Part shown: positions 56,155 to 64,000 of the stretch, piece after piece | How the letters are laid out: each line of letters begins with the position of its first letter | Numbering within the stretch: the stretch's first letter is position 1 | Origin: an uncultured Gammaproteobacteria bacterium | GTDB taxonomy: Bacteria; Patescibacteriota; Microgenomatia; UBA12405; JAHJSD01 | Length of the DNA: 64,000 nt | Assembly (NCBI GenBank): GCA_964428655.1 | Contig: CAYRYE010000001.1 | Coordinates: forward strand, 9,328 to 73,327 | Direction of reading: 5' to 3' | Position numbers and translations under genes: made by a program | Notes under the pieces: generated by a model | Seen by the model: the letters and a program-made list of their open reading frames with translations, nothing else | Told to the model about the DNA's origin: nothing | Database searches by the model: none

Positions 56155-58932
56155 TTATAAAGGCGACCCCTGCCATTCGGCAGGAGTATTGTATAAACTC
56201 CATAATTTTTTAGTTAATTCCAGACTGCCTCCCGGAGCATAAAGTTTTCTCCCTTCATCTCTTTGTATATCTGTATGGCCGCTAATAGCGTCTGGTTTTT
56301 CAAGCCAATGTTTCTCCTCATCTATGGACTCCAGTGAGGAACCCCCGCCGGTTCCGTTAAATTTAGCTTCTATCGGCAAATTTTTGGCGTTGACTTTTTT
56401 ACCGTTAGCCTCTTCAATTTCATATACAAGTTGGTCTGCAATCTCTCCAATTTGGAGTCCGAAAAGATAATTTGTACATTGAAGGACTTTATTATAATTA
56501 GTGACATAAAGAGTATCTCGGGAGGTGACTCTTGCTTCTGCAGTACAACGATTAGGAACATCTTCGTCATTGTAATTAACAGAACAATTGTCCACTTTGA
56601 ATGAATCAGGGAATAGTAGATTTCTTGCTTCCCTAGCCAAACCAGTTGGATTGTCGTAATCTTCATTGGCTTTATTGGTAGTCGGTCCGTTGGCTTTTAC
56701 TCCTTTACCGAGATCGCAGGGGAAATAGAAACGGCTTCTATCTGTTTCTGAAAGACTGGTGTGCAGCTCGGCTGGCAAGCTCATACCTGCCATTCTCGAA
56801 CAGGCTTCGACAGCGCCAAGAGCGTTGGGGATAAAAAGTTTTGCTACCTGGCAAATCTGGCATTGATCATCAACGTCGGTTATAAAGCTGTTTCTTATTG
56901 GTTCGTCGTTGACTTTGACAGGCAATACCCGGTACCTTTGTTGTGGACTTAACTGACCAAAATAACTGCTAAAAACCTCATTGCCTTCTTCTCTTTTACA
57001 TTTACTTTCTTTTGTAGGGTAGCAGGATTCAAGGTAAACCGGCAGATCAGAGTGGCTAATTCCTCCATCTATAGTCATCTGAGCCCAAGTATAAAAGCCA
57101 TAAAGAGCCGCATCCATAGTTTTCGGTATCAAACAAGCCCACTGAGGTGTGTGGGCACACATTGCTTCATAATTTAAATCATTTTCTATAAAATGTTGTT
57201 CATTACAACAATACAGAAGACTTGGTCTAACGGGAATAGGATTGGATGTACACCCGTCAACATTGACTCTGTCAATTCTTCCATCGTCCATTTTTTCAGT
57301 AAAGTCTTTTTCCAACAACATTCCTTTTCCTTCGCAGATCCAAAACAACGGTCGGTCAAAAAGAGCTGTTTCATTCCTTTGTTGAGGAGATCTTGGATCG
57401 TCTGATACTGCCGCCCAAAGTAAGTCATTAGTGATCCAATCAGTGCCTAACTCTCTATATTTCGGCCCAGAAATATATTTACTGGCAAATCCGGTTAAAC
57501 GTTGACTTCTTCTTTTAGCTAGTTCTTCCCAACCGCCTTCTTTGAAAACATCAACGTAGGGCATGTTTCCTCCATAAGCAGAACCAGTATACCAATCAAT
57601 TATTTCTTGAAAGACTTTTAAACCGGCAAAAACATGATGATGGATGGAGAGTTGGTTTATTAGTTCAATAGAGAGTTCAGAGGAATGATGGGTGGGGAAA
57701 AATTTGAACTGGTGGGTAATTATGTTTGATGAGGGGACACAGAATTCAGCCATTCCGTTGTTGAATTCTATAGCCCTTTTATATAATGCGTAATTAATAT
57801 TTGGATCTTCTCCCGGATAGGTATTGTCTTTATCGGAAGGTACCCAATCCAGGCTCCAGGGAAGACGAAACAGATTTCCTAGCCCAGGAATAAAGCTGAA
57901 GAGTCTTTGGAGCAAAGAAGGCTCGTTATTCGGAGTTGAATTACCAGGAAACCAGTTGCGGTTTACTTTAGCCTCGTCCCAGGAAGCTTCTCTGGTTGAG
58001 CGGTTGAGAGCGCCTTCAACCAGACTGCGAAGGGACGGTTTACCTCCGCTTTTGCAGGTGTCGCAGTGGCAATCTCCTTTCAAGGCGTCAATGACACAGT
58101 CAGCATCCCAAAGATTCCATGATCCGCTGTAATCACCAGGAGCAAAAGAAAAAATTGCCCAGCCAATGATATTCTGAGATTGCCAGAAATCAACTACTGT
58201 TTGGCCGTCGGCGCCGGCGCAATACATATTACAGAGGTCATTTTCTTGATAGGTTGGCGGACCGCTTTCACCATTTTCCAAGGCGCCGGTTTCGGTTAGA
58301 ACTACTGGCAGAGAGCCAGCTCCCCTAACTCCCAGTTCACCTAGCTTATTCCGGTAATTTCTAGCCATGCCCGGAGAATAAATATGCATGGAAATAACAG
58401 AGTAGGGGATATTTTCTAACAAGCCAACCATCGTTGGAGTATTTGGATGGTATGGATCCCAAGCCGGTGAGGTTAAAATGGCATTGGAAGGCAAAACACT
58501 AGCCAAAGTATTAATATATTTTTTTACTCTACTACCACATTCTTGTAAAGATAAATTGCCGCATTCAGTGTCCAATCGGGCTGGTTCGTTCCAGGGTTCA
58601 AAATAGACTGTTTTATTAATTTTCTTTAAAAAATTAGCCCAGATATTGGCTGCCTCTTGAGGATTATTAAGCATTTTATCGCCTATTGGCAGCCAGTGGC
58701 TGTGGCCGCGGATAACCCAATTAAAGGAGGAAGAGTTGATTACATTAACCAACGCATCGCTTTTAGGATCGGCGGCAACGACTACCAAGGCTCCGTCGCC
58801 AAAATGCTCTTGGATTTTATTAATAGTATTTCCACTCCAATCATTAATAATATTGACATAGGCAAAAGTTTTAACAACAGATAACAGGTAACAGGTGGTA
58901 ATGGAAAGTAGGAAGATTGAAAACTTTTTCAT
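56155..58932 (-). CDS. Secreted 925-aa Cys-rich protein with N-terminal glycoside-hydrolase-family-5-like TIM-barrel domain
   Basis: Signal peptide MKKFSIFLLSITTCYLLSVVKTFA. GH5 acid/base signature VYFEPWNEP and nucleophile LPVVLTETG. The C-terminal ~600 aa has more than 30 Cys. Confidence 0.55.
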   Translation of the reverse strand: MKKFSIFLLSITTCYLLSVVKTFAYVNIINDWSGNTINKIQEHFGDGALVVVAADPKSDALVNVINSSSFNWVIRGHSHWLPIGDKMLNNPQEAANIWANFLKKINKTVYFEPWNEPARLDTECGNLSLQECGSRVKKYINTLASVLPSNAILTSPAWDPYHPNTPTMVGLLENIPYSVISMHIYSPGMARNYRNKLGELGVRGAGSLPVVLTETGALENGESGPPTYQENDLCNMYCAGADGQTVVDFWQSQNIIGWAIFSFAPGDYSGSWNLWDADCVIDALKGDCHCDTCKSGGKPSLRSLVEGALNRSTREASWDEAKVNRNWFPGNSTPNNEPSLLQRLFSFIPGLGNLFRLPWSLDWVPSDKDNTYPGEDPNINYALYKRAIEFNNGMAEFCVPSSNIITHQFKFFPTHHSSELSIELINQLSIHHHVFAGLKVFQEIIDWYTGSAYGGNMPYVDVFKEGGWEELAKRRSQRLTGFASKYISGPKYRELGTDWITNDLLWAAVSDDPRSPQQRNETALFDRPLFWICEGKGMLLEKDFTEKMDDGRIDRVNVDGCTSNPIPVRPSLLYCCNEQHFIENDLNYEAMCAHTPQWACLIPKTMDAALYGFYTWAQMTIDGGISHSDLPVYLESCYPTKESKCKREEGNEVFSSYFGQLSPQQRYRVLPVKVNDEPIRNSFITDVDDQCQICQVAKLFIPNALGAVEACSRMAGMSLPAELHTSLSETDRSRFYFPCDLGKGVKANGPTTNKANEDYDNPTGLAREARNLLFPDSFKVDNCSVNYNDEDVPNRCTAEARVTSRDTLYVTNYNKVLQCTNYLFGLQIGEIADQLVYEIEEANGKKVNAKNLPIEAKFNGTGGGSSLESIDEEKHWLEKPDAISGHTDIQRDEGRKLYAPGGSLELTKKLWSLYNTPAEWQGSPL

Positions 58933-59300
58933 GGTCCTGGGATTTTAAACTCAGTGACATTTGCTCCGGTGAACTCTTTAATCAAAATCAAGATAAACCA
59001 GCCAGCAATAGTTAAAACTAAACCGATTATGGCAGTGGTAAGAGTGTTTTTAGCTGACTGTAATCCCTTTTGTTCACCACCAGCAAAGATTAATTTAAAA
59101 CCACCAACAATCAGCATTGCTCCAAAAGCCAAGCCGGCGATGGTAGTGGCTATTCTCAAAATGTTGATAAATAGACACTGAAAACCTTGAAGGGTGGCAA
59201 CAGTGGGGTCGGTAGCACTAACACAGTCTCCACTCCAAAATACGGGATCAGCTGCAAAAACTGGTCCCCAAAAGACAATTCTTTTCTTGAGATAATTCAC
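58929..59300 (-). CDS. VirB2/TrbC-like pilin-type protein (paralog 3 of 8)
   Basis: ...MLIVGGFKLIFAGGEQKGLQSAKNTLTTAIIGLVLTIAGWF...FKIPGP. Confidence 0.5.
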   Translation of the reverse strand: MNYLKKRIVFWGPVFAADPVFWSGDCVSATDPTVATLQGFQCLFINILRIATTIAGLAFGAMLIVGGFKLIFAGGEQKGLQSAKNTLTTAIIGLVLTIAGWFILILIKEFTGANVTEFKIPGP

Positions 59301-59303
59301 TGT

Positions 59304-59669
59304 TTATCCTTGCAGACTGGGAATTTCTAGTTGCAGAATATTGATTCCAAACAGAGCTTCAATCAATTTTATAATTGCCCAGGCAACGAAAATAATGGCC
59401 AAACCAATCAAAGCATGAGTGATTTGGTTTCGGGCATTTTCGACCTCTGTCTTATCACCTTTAGACGTGATCCATCGAACTCCGCCCCAGATCAAAATGG
59501 CAAAAAATACCAAGGCGACAATAACCAAGACCAATCGGATCAATCCAGAAACAACACTGGCAATTGTTAAACCGCCAAGAGCACTAAATTGTCCTCCAGG
59601 AGAAATATCAATTGGTTCTTGGGCCCAAGCGGGTTTTGCTATTAGAGCCATTAGTTTTTCCATGTTCAC
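59304..59669 (-). CDS. VirB2/TrbC-like pilin-type protein (paralog 4 of 8)
   Basis: ...FAILIWGGVRWITSKGDKTEVENARNQITHALIGLAIIF...INILQLEIPSLQG. Confidence 0.5.
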   Translation of the reverse strand: MNMEKLMALIAKPAWAQEPIDISPGGQFSALGGLTIASVVSGLIRLVLVIVALVFFAILIWGGVRWITSKGDKTEVENARNQITHALIGLAIIFVAWAIIKLIEALFGINILQLEIPSLQG

Positions 59670-59706
59670 CTCCTTTCAAGAATGCGACATACAACAATTT
59701 TATAAA

Positions 59707-60045
59707 TTATAATTGTGGTAGAGTAATTTGCAGGTTCTCAAATCCACTTAAACCGAAAACAAATCCAATTATTCTAATAATAGCAAAGATGGAAAAAACA
59801 ACCAAGAGGCCAACAAGAGCAAAAGTTAGCTGTTTTTGGGCTTCTTCAATTTTGTTTTTCTCTCCCTGACTATTGATCCACTTAAGTCCTCCCAGTAAAA
59901 AGTGAACTAGGAAGAAAAAGAAGCCGACGATAATTAACCAATGAATAAGAAACGGCAGAGCGCGATTGAAAAAATCAACACCTTCTAAATTTTTTACTGA
60001 GTCTTTTAAAACCGGATTTTCTAACCCTTGGGCAAAGATTTTCAT
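59707..60045 (-). CDS. VirB2/TrbC-like pilin-type protein (paralog 5 of 8)
   Basis: MKIFAQ... HFLLGGLKWINSQGEKNKIEEAQKQLTFALVGLLVVF...LQITLPQL. Confidence 0.5.
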   Translation of the reverse strand: MKIFAQGLENPVLKDSVKNLEGVDFFNRALPFLIHWLIIVGFFFFLVHFLLGGLKWINSQGEKNKIEEAQKQLTFALVGLLVVFSIFAIIRIIGFVFGLSGFENLQITLPQL

Positions 60046-60047
60046 CT

Positions 60048-60470
60048 CTATGGCGTTAACCTATTAATTGCTCCTGGAATATCCAGGAAATCAACATGCA
60101 GTAAATGGCCAACTAAAGATAGTAAGAAAATAGCGGCAATAACGACGGCAAGACCGATTAGTGAATTGGTAATTTTCTTTTGAGCGTCTTGAATTTTCTG
60201 AGCTTCGCCGCCGGCGGAAACCAAGTTGTAGCCAGCGATAATGATTTGAACAATGAACCAAATCCCGGCAACAGTAGTCATCAAACCAATGACAATGGAG
60301 ACAGCTCTGCTGAACATTTTTCCTCCCTCGCCAGCCCCTTCTCCTTCAAGTCCGAGAGGTCCAATTCCTCTTAACGGTGGTAAGTCCTTAGGAACTTGGG
60401 CTAAAACTGATTTGGTAATTTTACTGAGGTCCATAGATTTTTGGTAACAAAATTGCGTCCCAATTCCCAA
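60048..60470 (-). CDS. VirB2/TrbC-like pilin-type protein (paralog 6 of 8; start may be internal)
   Basis: ...IIIAGYNLVSAGGEAQKIQDAQKKITNSLIGLAVVIAAIF...FLDIPGAINRLTP. Confidence 0.5.
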   Translation of the reverse strand: MGIGTQFCYQKSMDLSKITKSVLAQVPKDLPPLRGIGPLGLEGEGAGEGGKMFSRAVSIVIGLMTTVAGIWFIVQIIIAGYNLVSAGGEAQKIQDAQKKITNSLIGLAVVIAAIFLLSLVGHLLHVDFLDIPGAINRLTP

Positions 60471-60801
60471 AAATTAAACGTCCGAAAATTGCTGCTAGAG
60501 TAAACGATCCGGCTGCCACCAGCAATCCAAGTGAGCTTAACCAAATTTTAGCCCAAGCGTTGGTGATTTTCTGAGCATCACCGTTGGCGCTCATGAAGCC
60601 ATAACCGGCAATAATAAAATTAAGAAGAGCAAAAATGCCGGCCCCAACAACTAAAAGTTTAAGGATATTATTAAGAAATGTAATCAGACCCTCACCTCCC
60701 GTTCCGGAGTACTTATCTACCCCGGGAGGGGGTTTAATCTGGCCAAAAAAGTTGGCGGCTAGAGCCGGTTGGTTAAAAAGGCGCTTCAAGGATATTGACA
60801 C
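60421..60801 (-). CDS. VirB2/TrbC-like pilin-type protein (paralog 7 of 8)
   Basis: ...FIIAGYGFMSANGDAQKITNAWAKIWLSSLGLLVAAGSF... Confidence 0.5.
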   Translation of the reverse strand: MSISLKRLFNQPALAANFFGQIKPPPGVDKYSGTGGEGLITFLNNILKLLVVGAGIFALLNFIIAGYGFMSANGDAQKITNAWAKIWLSSLGLLVAAGSFTLAAIFGRLIFGNWDAILLPKIYGPQ

Positions 60802-61084
60802 CAGTGATTACTTGAATTAATTGAATAACAAAATAACTGACAAAAATAACAACAAATCCGGCAACAGCAGATGTAACAGCCTTTTGTCCTTTTTGTACTT
60901 TACTGCTGTCTTGGTTTCCTGCTCCGATGATAATGCTAATGCCGCCAAAAATCAAGAGAAAAAGAAAAATTATGCCCGCCAGTCCGTAAATATTAAAAAG
61001 AATGGTTGAAAAAAATTCACCCAGGGTGCCAAATTTATCAGCAACTCCGTATTCTTTACCAATATCAACGGCAAAAACTTGCAT
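60773..61084 (-). CDS. VirB2/TrbC-like pilin-type protein (paralog 8 of 8; trimmed to internal Met MQVFAVD..)
   Basis: ...LIFGGISIIIGAGNQDSSKVQKGQKAVTSAVAGFVVIFVSYF...NILEAPF. The 200-aa form in the track would overlap the SBP gene on the other strand. Confidence 0.5.
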   Translation of the reverse strand: MQVFAVDIGKEYGVADKFGTLGEFFSTILFNIYGLAGIIFLFLLIFGGISIIIGAGNQDSSKVQKGQKAVTSAVAGFVVIFVSYFVIQLIQVITGVNILEAPF

Positions 61085-61161
61085 AAAATCAGGATAACAA
61101 AAGTTGGTTAAAAAGTAAATTGCTGATATATTAGATTTTGAAGGGCATTTAAAGGGTAAAG

Positions 61162-62697
61162 ATGGAAGAAAGTAAAGAGAAAGAATTACCACAGAGAAAA
61201 CCACAAGTGGAAGCACAGGAAAAAGTTCCTCAAAAAGAGGCGCCCGGTTCTGTTCAAGAAAAACCAACTGATAGGTCAATAGATGAGGTTTTAAAAGAAG
61301 CTCGAGAGATAGCTGGTCGTAGTCAGGATCAGCCTTCATCTGGGGAGCAAATTTCATCTCCAGAACAAACATCATCTGCTGAAAAACCTCCTTGGCTGTT
61401 TATTGCTTTAGCGTTAGTAATTATCTTAATTATTGGTCTGGTAATTATTTTTTTAACCAAAGGCAAGAAGAAAACCGAGCCGATAACTTTGACCTACTGG
61501 GGCTTGTGGGAACCGGAATCGGTCGTTCAAGGGATGATTGCTGACTGGGAGAAGGATAATCCCAATATTAAGGTCCAGTATATTAAGCAAGACAAAAATG
61601 ATTATCGGGCTCGATTGCAGTCAGCTTTTTCTCGGGGTGAAGGGCCTGATATCTTTCGCTTTCACGCTACCTGGCTGCCAGTGCTTAAAAATGATCTGGC
61701 GCCTTTGCCTAACACGGTGGTTGCGTCTTTAGGATTAGACGATAATTATTTTCCGATCGTTGTTGATTTATTAAAAACAGGTGGTCAATTCTATGGTGTT
61801 CCTCTTATGATAGATACTTTAGCCCTTTATTACAATAAAGATATTTTGGATGCTGCCAATAAATCTCCACCAATAACTTGGTGGGGGTTAGAAAACCTAG
61901 CTAAAGAGTTAACAGTGAGACCTGATCAAAGAATTTCCCTGGCCGGAGTTGCCTTAGGAACAACCAATAATGTTGATCACTGGAGCGATATTATTGGTCT
62001 AATGATTTATCAAAATGGAGGCAGACCAGATGAAATCGGCGCTTTGGTGGAAGATGTTTTGAAATATTATTTAAGATTTAAAAACACAGCTAAGGTTTGG
62101 GATGAAACTTTGCCAAATTCAACTCTGGCTTTTTCCAATGGAAAGCTGGCTTTTTACTTTGGTCCGTCTTGGCGCGTTTTCAATCTCTTGGAAGCTAACC
62201 CTAACCTTAACTTTGGTATTACCACTGTGCCTCAACTGCCAAAACTAAAAGAGACTGATTGGGAGGCGGCTGAAAAAGGTGAAGAGGAATTAACCAACAT
62301 TGGCTGGGCTAGTTTTTGGACGGAGGGGGTAGCAGTTAAAAGCGAGTATCAAGAGGAAAGTTGGCTATTTTTAGAGTTTTTGGGATCAAAGGAAACTTTG
62401 CAAAAACTCTATACTGCCCAAAGCCAAATTCGTCTCTTTGGAGAGATTTATCCTAGATCTGATTTGGCTTCCAGTTTAGAGAGCGATCCTCTTATTGGAT
62501 CGTTTGTCAAGCAAGCTAAAGTGTCCCAAAGCTGGTACTTGTCTTCCTTTACTCACGATGCTATTGGAGTTAATGAAAGAATTATTAAGTATTATGAAAA
62601 TGCCATCAATGCCCTTGACCAGGGTGAGCGAGAAGAAAAGGTGTTAGAAACTTTAAACAGCGGTTTAGGACAAGTATTGGGTCAATATGGGATTTAA
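61162..62697 (+). CDS. ABC-transporter extracellular solute-binding protein (family 1, carbohydrate-type) with membrane anchor and long Glu/Gln/Ser-rich N-terminal region
   Basis: TM PWLFIALALVIILIIGLVIIF followed by LTYWGLWEPE...DNPNIKVQY...GEGPDIFRFHATW, a typical SBP_bac_1 pattern. Confidence 0.7.
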   Translation: MEESKEKELPQRKPQVEAQEKVPQKEAPGSVQEKPTDRSIDEVLKEAREIAGRSQDQPSSGEQISSPEQTSSAEKPPWLFIALALVIILIIGLVIIFLTKGKKKTEPITLTYWGLWEPESVVQGMIADWEKDNPNIKVQYIKQDKNDYRARLQSAFSRGEGPDIFRFHATWLPVLKNDLAPLPNTVVASLGLDDNYFPIVVDLLKTGGQFYGVPLMIDTLALYYNKDILDAANKSPPITWWGLENLAKELTVRPDQRISLAGVALGTTNNVDHWSDIIGLMIYQNGGRPDEIGALVEDVLKYYLRFKNTAKVWDETLPNSTLAFSNGKLAFYFGPSWRVFNLLEANPNLNFGITTVPQLPKLKETDWEAAEKGEEELTNIGWASFWTEGVAVKSEYQEESWLFLEFLGSKETLQKLYTAQSQIRLFGEIYPRSDLASSLESDPLIGSFVKQAKVSQSWYLSSFTHDAIGVNERIIKYYENAINALDQGEREEKVLETLNSGLGQVLGQYGI

Positions 62698-62735
62698 TTT
62701 AGGACTTGACATTCCTGTTAGAATAGTTAGTAAGA

Positions 62736-63038
62736 ATGATTTCTATAATTCCCGCACCAGGCTATATCCTTGTTGAGCCCTTAGAGCTTGAAAAGAAAAC
62801 GCTTTCGGGAATTGTCCTGCCAGAAAATATTGAAGAAAAACCTCTTAAAGGAAAAGTGATTGCTGTTGGTGAGGCGGCAGTTTCTGAATCAGGGGCAAAA
62901 ATAGAGCTTTGGAAAAAAGTTAAGAAGAGAGTGATTATTGTTTATAAAAAATGGGCTGGCAACGAATATCGGCCCAAGGGAAGTGAAAAAGATTTATTAT
63001 TCGTTAAGTTTGAAGATATTTTGGCGATCGAAGGTTAA
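62736..63038 (+). CDS. groES: Co-chaperonin GroES
   Basis: IIPAPGYILVEP...KTLSGIVLPE...KGKVIAVGEA; 100 aa; upstream of groEL. Confidence 0.85.
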   Translation: MISIIPAPGYILVEPLELEKKTLSGIVLPENIEEKPLKGKVIAVGEAAVSESGAKIELWKKVKKRVIIVYKKWAGNEYRPKGSEKDLLFVKFEDILAIEG

Positions 63039-63047
63039 GGAGAGATT

Positions 63048-64000
63048 ATGGCAAAACAATTAGTTATTGGAGAGAAAGCAAGACAGGCGATTTTAAGGGG
63101 AGTTGAGATTTTAACTCAGGCGGTAGCAACTACTTTAGGGCCTCGGGGGCGGAATGTAGCGATTGATAAAAAATGGGGTACTCCTAATGTAATCCATGAT
63201 GGAGTTAGTGTAGCTAAAGAAATAGAATTACCGGATCCTTTTGAAAATATGGGGGCCCAGTTGATTAAAGAAGCAGCTTCCAAAACCAATGATGTTGCTG
63301 GCGATGGCACTACCACGGCAACAATCCTAAGCCAGGCGATTATTAAAGAAGGGTTGAAAAATGTTACTGCCGGCGCTAATCCGATGATTATTAAGAAAGG
63401 AATTGAGAAAGCGGGTAAAGCAGTGGTGAAGGAGCTTAAGAAAATGGCAAACCAAGTTAAAAGTGACGAGGAAATTGTCAATGTGGCCACTATTTCTGCT
63501 GGTGATGCCGAGATTGGTGTCAAAATCGCTGAAGCCTTAAAGAGAGTAGGTAAAAATGGGGTAGTGACTGTTGAAGAAGGTCGAGGACTGGAGATGGAAA
63601 TTGTTTACAAAGAAGGAATGGCTTTTGATCAGGGTTATGTTTCTCCTTACTTTGTTACTGACCCTTCCGGCATGGAGGCGGTAATAGAAAATCCACATAT
63701 TTTAATTACTGACAAGAAAATTTCTTCAGCTCAGGAGATTTTGCCTTTTTTGGAGAACATTGTTAAAGTCAACAAAAATTTTGTCATTATTGCCGAGGAT
63801 ATTGAAGGCGAGGCTTTAGCTACTCTAGTAGTTAATAAACTCAGGGGTACTTTTAACTGTTTGGTGATTAAAGCGCCTGGTTTTGGTGATCGAAGAAAGG
63901 CGATGCTTGAGGATATTGCTGTTTTGATTGGAGGGAAAGTAATCTCTGAAGACACTGGTCAAAAACTTGAATCAGTTCAACCGGATGACTGTGGTCAGGC
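63048..64000 (+). CDS. groEL: Chaperonin GroEL (partial; continues beyond window end)
   Basis: [39 protein letters not shown]...[11 protein letters not shown]...; good AAGGAGAG RBS; no stop before the window end. Confidence 0.95.
   Translation, partial: MAKQLVIGEKARQAILRGVEILTQAVATTLGPRGRNVAIDKKWGTPNVIHDGVSVAKEIELPDPFENMGAQLIKEAASKTNDVAGDGTTTATILSQAIIKEGLKNVTAGANPMIIKKGIEKAGKAVVKELKKMANQVKSDEEIVNVATISAGDAEIGVKIAEALKRVGKNGVVTVEEGRGLEMEIVYKEGMAFDQGYVSPYFVTDPSGMEAVIENPHILITDKKISSAQEILPFLENIVKVNKNFVIIAEDIEGEALATLVVNKLRGTFNCLVIKAPGFGDRRKAMLEDIAVLIGGKVISEDTGQKLESVQPDDCGQ

Noticed and set aside
60773-61375. 200-aa form of the last pilin-like ORF
   Set aside because: The N-terminal 97 residues overlap the divergent SBP gene (61162..) and lack the family architecture. 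The internal Met at 61084 gives a 103-aa protein matching its seven paralogs.

Overview
This window is an AT-rich, gene-dense bacterial chromosome segment that looks like a Candidate Phyla Radiation / Patescibacteria genome: small genes, few Shine-Dalgarno sites, divergent rRNA. It spans the replication-origin neighbourhood: rpmH-rnpA-yidC-jag on the minus strand diverge from dnaA and dnaN on the plus strand, with a clean TTATCCACA DnaA box in the dnaA-dnaN spacer.

Main content:
- A 23S rRNA gene on the minus strand (about 283..3055). Its 3' part is interrupted after ...GAGACAGU by a group I intron whose ORF carries a textbook LAGLIDADG motif (LVGFIDGEGCFYVGI). The intron runs off the left edge of the window.
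- An unlinked 16S rRNA about 18 kb away on the plus strand (21113..22588), with its own -35/-10 promoter and a 20-bp perfect flanking processing stem.
- Three minus-strand tRNAs (Met-CAT, Ala-TGC, initiator fMet-CAT) and a tmRNA directly downstream of smpB.
- Housekeeping genes: rtcB, recF, rplY, uppS, ftsH, a ThiI-like::fmt fusion, ftsB-like, xerD-like, mutM, rnhA, comFC, groES, and groEL (partial, runs off the right edge).

The most notable non-housekeeping content is a dispersed type-IV-secretion-like apparatus, interleaved with core genes rather than forming one island:
- A PrgI/VirB3-like protein, a VirB4 ATPase apparently split into two overlapping ORFs, a multi-TM CHAP-hydrolase, a VirD4/TraG-like coupling protein and a VirB6-like polytopic membrane protein.
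- Eight paralogous small two-helix VirB2/TrbC-like pilin-type proteins, two at 23.5-24.1 kb and a tandem array of six at 58.9-61.1 kb.
- A secreted 925-aa Cys-rich protein with glycoside-hydrolase-family-5 catalytic motifs, and a compositionally atypical (GC-richer) 634-aa protein of unknown function embedded in the same locus.

Other points worth a second look:
- A 7TM-membrane + ATP-grasp::retropepsin + 2x RimK-like peptide-ligase module.
- Short identical sequence elements shared between or within the rRNA genes.
- A PP2C phosphatase gene sitting between dnaA and dnaN.
- Several cell-wall-remodelling proteins (SpoIID-domain, VanW, CHAP, DUF4012).

All calls are from reading the sequence and translations; no database searches were run.
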